DNA from: Thermoanaerobaculia bacterium
GTDB lineage: Bacteria; Acidobacteriota; Thermoanaerobaculia; Gp7-AA8
DNA: 64,000 bases
Reading direction: 5' to 3'
Assembly: GCA_035996815.1 (NCBI GenBank)
Contig: DASYJF010000040.1
Location: 41,792-105,791 of the forward strand
Every line of letters starts with the position of its first letter. Position 1 is the first letter of the stretch. The notes under the pieces are model-generated. The model searched no databases. It saw nothing but the letters and a program-made list of their open reading frames with translations, and was not told the origin of the DNA. Shown piece after piece: positions 1-8,500 of this stretch. The translations under genes and the position numbers were made by a program.

Positions 1-548
1 CCTTCATCGGCCTTGGCTTCGATGCAGGTCAGAATCTCTACCTCAGTAACTCCGCCGGCGGCAGCAATCTCTACGTTTACGCGCCGCCGTACACCGGCGC
101 GCCGGTCATCACGCCCCTCATCGCGGGCTCCGCGTACCGTGAGCTGACCATCATCGGAAATCAGCTTTTCGTTGGCGACGTCTCAGGCACGTTGGGCAAA
201 GTCGACGTGTACAACCTTCCTTTGACCATTGCAAGCACGCCGGCTTTCTCCATCACCAACGGCGTCAATACTCCCGAGGGCGCGGCGTCCGATCTGAGCA
301 ACCGGCTGTATATCGGGAACCTCGGCAACGCCACGGTAACGGTTTATACCGCGCCGTTCTCCGCTGCCAGCGTTCCGGTTGCGACGGTGACCGCTGGAAG
401 TGGGTCCTTTGCCATTTTCGGCATCGCGACGGACAACGCAGCCTCGGCACCCGCCGGCAGCATTCCGGCCATCGGACGTGACGCGCTCATCGCGCTCTGC
501 GCCCTGCTGATGGTCATCGGCCTCATCGCCACTCGAGCCCAGTCGTAG
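1..548 (+). CDS. 3' part of a secreted repeat (beta-propeller-like) protein with a C-terminal hydrophobic anchor; the 5' end lies outside the window
   Basis: Frame 3 is open from nt 3 to the TAG at 546-548. Repeated ..NLY(V/I).. strand-like motifs. Ends in a ~20-aa hydrophobic segment followed by TRAQS. Confidence 0.5.
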   Translation, partial: FIGLGFDAGQNLYLSNSAGGSNLYVYAPPYTGAPVITPLIAGSAYRELTIIGNQLFVGDVSGTLGKVDVYNLPLTIASTPAFSITNGVNTPEGAASDLSNRLYIGNLGNATVTVYTAPFSAASVPVATVTAGSGSFAIFGIATDNAASAPAGSIPAIGRDALIALCALLMVIGLIATRAQS

Positions 549-587
549 CACGCGGCCGCAAACGGCTACCGTGGCTCTCGGCACGCA

Positions 588-631
588 CATACGAAACTCT
601 TCGTTGACATCGACGAAAAACTTCGTATGAT
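588..631 (+). promoter_or_regulatory. Sigma70-like promoter with two ACGAA-N4-TTCGT dyads (putative BlaI-type operator)
   Basis: TTGACA 604-609, 16-nt spacer, TATGAT 626-631. Dyads at 591-604 and 613-626. Outer arms CATACGAA 588-595 / TTCGTATG 622-629. AAGAGGAA RBS at 643-650. Confidence 0.5.
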
Positions 632-656
632 GGGCTGCGTACAAGAGGAAATGATC

Positions 657-1046
657 ATGAGCGATCGACAGCCACCACGACCAACGGACTCTGAACTGGC
701 CATCCTGGGAGTGCTTTGGGAACGCGGACCGAGCACCGTCCGCGACGTCCACGAGCAGCTCAATAAGGATGGCACCACCGGCTACACCACCGTCCTCAAA
801 CTCCTGCAGATCATGACCGAGAAAGGGCTCGTCGTCCGTGACGAGAGCGAGCGCGCGCACGTCTATCAATCGCGTTACGGCGAACAGAAGACGCAGCGCC
901 AGCTCCTGACCGATCTCGCCGAGCGTGCCTTCGGCGGCTCGGCCACGAAGCTGGTCATGCAGGCACTCTCCGGACGCAAAGCAAACGCCTCCGAGCTGAA
1001 CGCCATCCGCGAACTGCTCGACACCCTGGAAGGAGAATCGCGATGA
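657..1046 (+). CDS. BlaI/MecI/CopY-family winged-helix transcriptional repressor
   Basis: ELAILGVLWERGPSTVRDVHEQL...GYTTVLKLLQIMTEKGLV is a typical penicillinase-repressor fold sequence. The ATG at 657 follows the RBS; the track start at 627 would overlap the -10 box. The stop overlaps the next gene start (ATGA). Confidence 0.85.
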   Translation: MSDRQPPRPTDSELAILGVLWERGPSTVRDVHEQLNKDGTTGYTTVLKLLQIMTEKGLVVRDESERAHVYQSRYGEQKTQRQLLTDLAERAFGGSATKLVMQALSGRKANASELNAIRELLDTLEGESR

Positions 1047-3058
1047 ATACGATCAGCACACTACTCGGATCAGCGATAGGTCAGGCCATCGGTTGGGCAC
1101 TCCTGCATCTCCTTTGGCAGGGCGTGCTCGTCGCCGCGATCCTCGCCGCGACGCTGGCGCTCCTTTCGAAACAAAGCGCGAACGCGCGCTACCTCGCCTC
1201 CTGCGGCGCGCTCGCGCTGCTGGTGGTCCTCGGCGCGGCGACTGCGTATCGGTCGTACGAAGGGAGTGGGGAGTTGGGTGTGGGGAGTGGGAGCGAAGCA
1301 AGTGACATCGCTTCGCTCACTGCCGCCTTTCAGAACACACCCGAAACTCTGGTCTCCTACACCCCACTCCCCACACCCTACCCCCTCATTAACTACACCA
1401 AATCCCATCTTCCGCAAATCGTCCTGGTCTGGCTGACCGGCGTTCTGCTGCTGTCCGTCCGTCTTCTCTTCGGATGGCTGCGCGCGCATTCGATCGCCAG
1501 GAAAAATGCGACCGAGGCTGCGCCGGAATGGCAGCGCAGCGCGCGGCGTCTCGCGGACGCGCTCAAACTCCGCCGCGCCGTGCAGCTTCTCGAGTCGGCG
1601 GCGGTCGAAGTGCCGACGGTTATCGGCTGGCTGCGGCCGGTCGTCCTCTTGCCCGCCACATCGCTTACCGGACTCTCCACCGAACAGATGGAGATGATCC
1701 TCGCGCACGAGCTGGCCCATATCCGCCGCAACGACTTCTTCGTCAACCTGATGCAGGCCGTGGTCGAGACGTTGCTTTTCTACCATCCGGCCGTGTGGTG
1801 GATTTCGAACCGCATCCGCGTCGAGCGGGAGCACTGCTGCGATGACGTCGCGGTTTCCGTCTCCGGCAAGCCGCTCGTCTACGCCCGCGCCCTGACCCGT
1901 CTCGAAGAACTGCGTGTCGAAGATGCGCAGGCGTTCATCGCCGCGAACGGCGGCTCGCTCATCGGCCGCATCCGCCGCCTGGCGGGCGCGCGCGCCGAAT
2001 CGCCGAATGCGCCGTCGCGCTTCGTCGCCGGAGCAGCGCTGCTCACCGTGCTGCTCGCGCTGATCATCGCCCCGTCGCTGCCGATCCGCGGACAGCAGCA
2101 GAAAGCCGACACACCGGCTCCGAAGCCGCAGGCATCGCAGACGACGGTCGAAGTCAAAGCCGGCGACGCCACGGATGACGAAGACTCCAACGATGCCGAA
2201 GCACCGGAAGCGGACGACACGGACGACAACGTGGCTCCTGCCATCGCGCCGCGCCCCGTCATTGCCGGAGTTCCGGGCGGAATTGCTGGTGGAATCGAAG
2301 GCGGCATTGCCGGCGGAATCGCTGACGGAATCTCGGAAGGCATCAGTGGAAACACTCCGATGATCGCCCCGATGGCATTCGCGCCCGCCGCTCGCGCGAT
2401 CGCGCAGGTCGCCCCGCGCATCGCGATGCGCGCGCTGGAAAGCATCAATCTCGACGACATCAACATCGACGCGCCTGAGTCACCGACCCCGCGTCCGGAT
2501 CGTCATCGCCGTCATCACATCGGCGAAGGCGGCAAACTCACCATCGACGACCTGATCGAGCTGCGCGCCTCCGGAGTCACGCCCGCGTACATCGACACGA
2601 TGCGTAGTGCCGGCATCGGCGAGTTGTCGCTCGATGAGATCGCCGAGATGCGCGCCATGGGCGTCACGCCGGAGTACATCAAGTCGCTTCGCGACGCGGG
2701 CATCAAGTTCGACAATGCTCGCAGCATCACCGAGCTGCGCGCGCTCGGCGTCACCGGCGAGTACCTCTCGCAGATGCGCGCCGCGGGCTACGCCAACCTC
2801 ACCACGAAGCAGCTCAGCGAAATGCGTGCGATGGGCGTTACGCCGTCGTACATAAAGCAGATGTCGGACGCCGGTTACCGCAACCTGACGCCGAGAGAAT
2901 TGGTCGAGCTGAAGGCGCAGGGCATCCGCCCCGAATTCATCAAATCGCTCAACGACGCCGGCTACACGAACCTCTCCATCAAAGACCTCGTGCGCATGGC
3001 CGCGATGGGCGTGAACGCCGATTTCATTCGCGACCTGGCGAAGTACAAAGTGAAGTAG
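1043..3058 (+). CDS. BlaR1-like M56 membrane metalloprotease/signal transducer with a non-canonical C-terminal repeat sensor domain
   Basis: N-terminal TM helices, HELAHIRRND zinc motif, position directly after the BlaI-like gene with a 4-nt overlap. The C-terminus has six ~30-aa repeats (LRAxGVTPEYIKxLRDAGY). Confidence 0.85.
   Translation: MNTISTLLGSAIGQAIGWALLHLLWQGVLVAAILAATLALLSKQSANARYLASCGALALLVVLGAATAYRSYEGSGELGVGSGSEASDIASLTAAFQNTPETLVSYTPLPTPYPLINYTKSHLPQIVLVWLTGVLLLSVRLLFGWLRAHSIARKNATEAAPEWQRSARRLADALKLRRAVQLLESAAVEVPTVIGWLRPVVLLPATSLTGLSTEQMEMILAHELAHIRRNDFFVNLMQAVVETLLFYHPAVWWISNRIRVEREHCCDDVAVSVSGKPLVYARALTRLEELRVEDAQAFIAANGGSLIGRIRRLAGARAESPNAPSRFVAGAALLTVLLALIIAPSLPIRGQQQKADTPAPKPQASQTTVEVKAGDATDDEDSNDAEAPEADDTDDNVAPAIAPRPVIAGVPGGIAGGIEGGIAGGIADGISEGISGNTPMIAPMAFAPAARAIAQVAPRIAMRALESINLDDINIDAPESPTPRPDRHRRHHIGEGGKLTIDDLIELRASGVTPAYIDTMRSAGIGELSLDEIAEMRAMGVTPEYIKSLRDAGIKFDNARSITELRALGVTGEYLSQMRAAGYANLTTKQLSEMRAMGVTPSYIKQMSDAGYRNLTPRELVELKAQGIRPEFIKSLNDAGYTNLSIKDLVRMAAMGVNADFIRDLAKYKVK
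1262..1385. repeat. G-family heptamer palindrome (GGGGAGT arm / ACTCCCC arm) lying in frame inside the BlaR1-like CDS
   Basis: G arm 1262-1292, inner 7-bp hairpin gcgaagc/gcttcgc 1293-1316, C arm 1358-1385. Translated as GSGELGVGSGS...YTPLPTPYP. Confidence 0.8.
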
Positions 3059-3061
3059 AAG

Positions 3062-3335
3062 CAGTGGTCAGTGGCTAGTGGTCAGTGGTCAGAATGCGCT
3101 GATCACTGACCTCCCGGCCACACCACCCACTGATCCTGATACTGACCACTGACCTCTGATCACTCTGACCACTGACCACTGGCCACTGATCACTAACCAC
3201 TGACCACTGGCCACTGATCACTAACCACTAACCACTGGCCACTGATCACTAACCACTGGCCACTAACCACTAACCACTGGCCACTGGCCACTGACCACTG
3301 ACCACTGACCACTGGCCACTGACCACTGACCACTA
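3062..3335. repeat. T-family element: short CAGTGGT arm, then a 24-unit in-register heptamer array CT(G/A)(G/A)(C/T)CA
   Basis: Left arm 3062-3092 (4.5 units). Degenerate units 3099-3164. 24 uninterrupted heptamers at 3165-3332 in four variants: CTGACCA, CTGGCCA, CTGATCA, CTAACCA. Confidence 0.9.
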
Positions 3336-3348
3336 AAAAGGAGCCAAC

Positions 3349-4293
3349 ATGCGCCGTTATCTAGCTCTTGCTCTGTTATTTTTTCTCGCCGCCTTCACAG
3401 CGCGCGCCGCGTCCCCGCATGGCGCCTGGCATCTCAGCCAGCGCGAAGACGGCCGCATGCAGATCGAAATGATCAGCGATCACAATCAGAACAGCCATCC
3501 GATCGAGCGTTCCGCATTCACCGGATTGACCGCCGCACAGATCGATGCGAACGCCGACACGCCGGTCGACTTCCGCATGATTCGCGAAGCGGGCACGATG
3601 CACTTCACCGGCACGTTCCAGCATGGCGACGGCGTCGGCCGCTTCACCTTCGAACCAAACCCCGCCTACGCCGCGACGTTGCGCAGCCTCGGAGTCGCCG
3701 CCAGCGATCTCGATGACGAGCACCTTTTCACGCTCGCCGTCCACGACGTTTCATCGAGCTTCATCAAGGAGATGCAATCGCTCGGCTACCGCGACGATCT
3801 CGACCAGTACGTTGCCTTCCGCATCCACGGCGCCACGCCCGAGTTCGTCCGCGAGATCAACGCCCTCGGCTACAAACCAGACAGCGGCGATCTGATCGCC
3901 TTCCGAATCCATGGGGCCACACCTTCGTTCATTCGTGACATCCGCGCGCTCGGCTACCAGCCCGACGCCGGCGATCTGGTCGCCTTCCGCATTCACGGCG
4001 TCTCCCCCGAGTTCATCAAAGGGATGAAAGAGCTGGGTGTCCGCGACCTCGGCGACGACAATCTCGTCGCCCTGCGAATCCACGGCGCCTCGGTAAACTA
4101 CGTCCGCGACCTTCGCGACCTCGGCTACCCGAGCCTCTCCGCTGACGACCTCGTCTCGATGTGCATCCACGGCGTCTCCGCGAGCTACATCCGCGACCTG
4201 AAAAACGCCGGCTACGCCCGAATCCCCGTCGAGAAGCTGGTCGAGATGAAGATCCACGGGATCGATGCGGAGTTCGTGAAGCGGACGAAGTAG
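3349..4293 (+). CDS. Secreted protein made of about seven ~30-aa repeats homologous to the BlaR1-like C-terminal domain
   Basis: AAGGAG RBS at 3338-3343, signal peptide MRRYLALALLFFLAAFTARA, repeats AFRIHGATPEF(V/I)R(E/D)IxALGY. Confidence 0.8.
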   Translation: MRRYLALALLFFLAAFTARAASPHGAWHLSQREDGRMQIEMISDHNQNSHPIERSAFTGLTAAQIDANADTPVDFRMIREAGTMHFTGTFQHGDGVGRFTFEPNPAYAATLRSLGVAASDLDDEHLFTLAVHDVSSSFIKEMQSLGYRDDLDQYVAFRIHGATPEFVREINALGYKPDSGDLIAFRIHGATPSFIRDIRALGYQPDAGDLVAFRIHGVSPEFIKGMKELGVRDLGDDNLVALRIHGASVNYVRDLRDLGYPSLSADDLVSMCIHGVSASYIRDLKNAGYARIPVEKLVEMKIHGIDAEFVKRTK

Positions 4294-4346
4294 TTCACGC
4301 GGAGATGCGGAGACGCGGAGAAAACAACCCCGCGGCTCCGCGTGAA
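4294..4346. terminator. Bidirectional hairpin between convergent genes, built from 3 x octamer YGCGGAGA
   Basis: TTCACGCGGAG 4294-4304 pairs with CTCCGCGTGAA 4336-4346. It lies between the stop at 4293 (+) and the stop at 4358 (-). Confidence 0.5.
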
Positions 4347-4357
4347 CCGGTCCCTCT

Positions 4358-5371
4358 TCAATTACTCAGTGCCGCCGCCCGCCCCCGCCCAACCGTACGC
4401 GCGGACTCCTGCCAGCCGAGTTGGATCACTTCGAAGTCGCTGCCTTTAATCGCGGAAAAGGCCGGGTTGAGGACGTCGTTATCCCATCGCGTGTCGTACG
4501 TTCCGCTCACGTACAGATCGCTGCCGTTGTCGGCGACGATCAGGCCGTAAGTTTTCATCGCCTGGAAAATGCGTCGCAGCGGTTCGGAGTAGGCGGAGAT
4601 GTCCTTCGATGCTTTCAGCCGGAGGCGCGCGCCCATCGGCAGCGCGCCGTGCGTCGATCCGGCGCGATGCGAGGCTGGAAAGACGTAGCCATTCGAGTGG
4701 CGGATGGTGACGCGAAACGCGTGGCGGATCGGAACGCCGCCGTACACCTCGTCGTAGCGGACCAGTCCCGGCAGAATCGCCAGCCCTGCCGCGTCGGCGC
4801 TCGTCCACCCTTCGGGACGACGCGCATTCGAATCGAGCGGGAACGTCGCGCCGGATCCTGCCGTCCACTGCGATCCGGTCCAATGCAGCGCGTAGAGCTC
4901 ATACAGAATGCGGTTGTCGCGATCGACGAGCAGCATGTGCCGGTCGCCATCCGCATTCGGATCGTTGCCGGCCAGTCCCCCTTCGATCCACTTCTGCTGC
5001 GTCTTCGCCTCCTCGGGGATCGGATAGCCGGGCGGACGTCCCGGCGCGGCGACATCGCTTTCATCGTTGTAGTCGAATGTCACCGGCAGAAGCGGCTGCG
5101 AGCCGGAGACGATGACAAACGGCATGCCGTAGATCGGCGCCGAGGGATCGTTGCTGTCGCCGCCGAAATCGGGATGCATGCCGCGGGTGGCGCCGACGTC
5201 GGCGATGAACGCATTGCTGTTCGGATCGACCGGCGCCGCGCTGATGTCCGCGTTCCACCAGTTGCCGGGCGGGAAGAGCGGAAGCGGCTGAGGTAGTACT
5301 CCGCCACGTTGGGGCGACTGCGCGAACGCTGCCGAGGAGAGGGCGAGAACGAGGAGGGCGAGGCGGGACAT
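4358..5371 (-). CDS. Secreted hypothetical protein
   Basis: Signal peptide MSRLALLVLALSSAAFAQS. Coding-like composition. The overlapping + strand ORF 4421..5296 is Arg-rich and looks like an artefact. Confidence 0.7.
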   Translation of the reverse strand: MSRLALLVLALSSAAFAQSPQRGGVLPQPLPLFPPGNWWNADISAAPVDPNSNAFIADVGATRGMHPDFGGDSNDPSAPIYGMPFVIVSGSQPLLPVTFDYNDESDVAAPGRPPGYPIPEEAKTQQKWIEGGLAGNDPNADGDRHMLLVDRDNRILYELYALHWTGSQWTAGSGATFPLDSNARRPEGWTSADAAGLAILPGLVRYDEVYGGVPIRHAFRVTIRHSNGYVFPASHRAGSTHGALPMGARLRLKASKDISAYSEPLRRIFQAMKTYGLIVADNGSDLYVSGTYDTRWDNDVLNPAFSAIKGSDFEVIQLGWQESARTVGRGRAAALSN

Positions 5372-5548
5372 GAAACGGATTCTCCTCGACTGCCACTAAA
5401 CGTTTGTGCCTGCCGTCACAGCGGGGCCGCGGTTTCCGAATGAGATTGGTCTCCGCTACAATACACAAGCTTCAAATAAGTAACGTAAATAAAACCGGCA
5501 GGGAGCGCCGGTCACCGCTCCCGCAAGCCATCCTAAGAGAGGTCTCCT

Positions 5549-8500
5549 GTGAAGCACATTCGCCTCATCGCCATCATTTGTCTTCTTGCCTCGGCCGCCT
5601 CGGCCACCGTCTTCCAGCCGCTTACCGACCGCCAGCTCGTCGATCGGTCCGACTCCGTCGTCATCGCCACGGTGCGCGATGCCGCATCGCGTGTTCGGAC
5701 GGACGGCTACGTCGTCACCGACTACCGCTTCGACGTCGAACAGACGCTGAAAGGAGCGGCGGCGGGAACGATCACCGTCAGCGAGATCGGCGGCGTGTCG
5801 GGATCGCGCTTCACGTTCATCTCCGACTCGGCGTCGTACACACCCGGCGAGCGGGTGATGGTCTTCCTCAAGAAACGCGGCGACGGAACGTACTTCACGA
5901 CCTCGATGGCGATGGGCAAGTTCTCGTTCACGCGCACCGCGCGCGGCGAGTCGGTCGTGACGCGCGACGTGTCGGAGCTGCGCGGCGATCCGGCGCGATT
6001 GGCGGATGGATTCGCGCAGTTTGTGAAGAGTGGTTCTCGCGACACGTATCAGGCGACGCTAACGCCGATTGCGAGCGCATTGCATCCAATTGCGCTCACC
6101 GCACCGTCGGCCTATTGCCTGAGGACGTCGTCAGGGCCGGGCGGATTTCCCGTGCGATGGGAAAACGGCGATACCGGAAGGACCGTACCTGTACTCACGA
6201 ACTCCTCAATGCCGTACAGCACGACGAGTGCGATTGCGGCCGGCGCTGCCGCATGGACCAATGATCCTGGCGCGAACATCACACTCACTCCATCCGGGAC
6301 GACTACAGCCTCCAGTGCTGATGGCAGCAACAGCATTTACATCTACCTGAGCACAACACAGGCAAACCCGCCCGGGATCTGCGACGGATCGCAAGCCTGC
6401 ACGCTGGGTTACGGCTCGACCTTTCATACGTTCGCGGGCGAGCAGTTCGTTGGCATCGTCGGCGCCGACATTTTCGTCCAGCCCACCGTCCCCGCTGCGG
6501 CGTTCGATGCACTCATCACACATGAGCTCGGACATGCGATTGGATTCCGTCATGCGAATGATGGGAACTCGCCTTCGTCCTCCACAGCTTTGATGTCATC
6601 CCCAGTCAATCAAGCCTTGGGTTCAAGCCTGCAGTCATGGGATGTCGAGGCGGTCGAAACCGTCTACGGCACCGGTCCCGTATGCCAGCCTCCGACCTCG
6701 GTCTCCATTTCCGGCGGCGGTACGTACCCATCCGGACAAACCGCCACGCTCACCGCGACCGTCATCGGAGGCAATGGCACCTTCACATTTGCCTGGTTCG
6801 AGGGCAACCTCAACGACACGTCGACACCGGTCGGAACGAACAGCAACACTTTCACTACGCCGCCGATCACGAGTTCGAAGAATTACTGGGTGCGCGTTAT
6901 GAATGGCTGCGGCACCGTGACGGCTACGACATCGGTGAATCTGCAGCCTGTCGGTCCGGGATGCACGCAGGTGAGCATTGCGGTGCAGCCTACCGCCTCG
7001 CAGCCGGTGAGTTCCGGCGGCTCGGTCACGCTTACAGTCACCGCGGGCGGAACGCCGCCATTCACCTATCAGTGGTACCAGGCCACGAGCACGCTCGACA
7101 CCAGCCATCCGGTCGGATCGAACAGCCCGAGCTTCACCACGCCCGCGCTGACGCAGCCGACGTCGTACTGGGTCAAAGTCACGAACGACTGCGGCGTCGT
7201 GAACAGCAACATCGCCGCGATCACCATCACCGGCCAGTGCATCCCGCCGTCGTTCTCCATTCAGCCGGCCAGTGCCACGATCGTGGCGGGATCGCAGACG
7301 TATTTGATCGCGTTCGCCAGCGGCGCGACTTCGTATCAGTGGTACCGAGGAAACGCGGGCGACACTTCCACGCCGGTCGCGGGCGTTGGGCCTTCGAACG
7401 ACCGCTGGATCAATCAGCTCTACATCGATCTCCTCGGGCGTCCTGCCGACGCCGCCGCACTCTCCACTCTCAACGCCCTGCTGGCCGGCGGCGCAACCCG
7501 CAACAGCGTCGCGTTGGTTGTGCTGACCTCGGCCGAATACCGCCAGCGATTGCTGACCGACTTCTACTCGACCTTCCTGCACCGTCCGATTTCGGCCGCC
7601 GAGGTCGGGTTCTGGATGCCGGCGTTCGCGTCGGGGATGACGGATGAGCAGATCGAATCGCAGATCCTCGCATCGCCTGAATACTTCGCGCTCGGCGGCT
7701 CCTCGAACTCGAGCTGGATCAACCGCGTCTACAACGAAGTCCTCGGACGTTCCCCCAGCAGCGCGGAAACGTCCGCAAATCTGACGCTGCTCGGCAGCAA
7801 CTCGCGGCTGAGCATCGCGCTCTCGATTCTCAACTCGCTCGAAGCCGCCAGCCACCGAGTCCAGCTGGGCTTCCCGCGCTTCCTGCACCGCAGCCCGACC
7901 GGTAGCGAAACGTCCGCATTCGTCGCCCAGCTGCAAGGCGGCGTCACCGACGAGCAGTTCCTCGCGCAACTTCTCGCCTCGGACGAATACTTCAACTTCG
8001 GCACGATCCTCTTCACCGGTCCGATCTCCGCCACGACCCGCTACTGGGTTCGCGCGACCAACGGCAATTGCGCCGGCGACAGCAGCGTGGCCACGCTCAC
8101 CGTTCCGCAATGCACGCTGCCGGTCATCGTGACGCAGCCCTCGAACGTGACGCTGACAGCCGGCGAGACGTTCTCCGTGGCGGTAATCGCGACCGGCGCG
8201 ACCTCGTACCAGTGGTTCCGTGCGTCGTCGGGTGATCCGTCGAACCCGGTCAGCGGCGCAACAGGCCCAGTCCTCACGAGCACCATCAACAACGTCGGTC
8301 CGACAGAGTTCTGGGTTCGCATCACCAACGAATGCGGCAGCACTAACAGCAACACCGTCACCGTGACCACGCAATGCGGAACGCGCGTGCCGGCGATATC
8401 GGGCCCGCCCATCGCTCCCTCGGCCACGAGCTACCCGATCACGTGGAACGGCAGCTCGCTGCGCGACGCGTCGTACGAATTGCAGGAAGCGACGAAGTCC

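Noticed and set aside
627-656. Upstream ATG (627) as the start of the BlaI-like gene
   Set aside because: It lies inside the predicted -10 box. The RBS AAGAGGAA sits at 643-650, which favours 657 (or 651).
3165-3332. Possible CRISPR array (also considered for 19548-19700)
   Set aside because: The units are directly adjacent with no unique spacers, 7 and 22 nt are far below CRISPR repeat size and organisation, and no cas genes are in the window.
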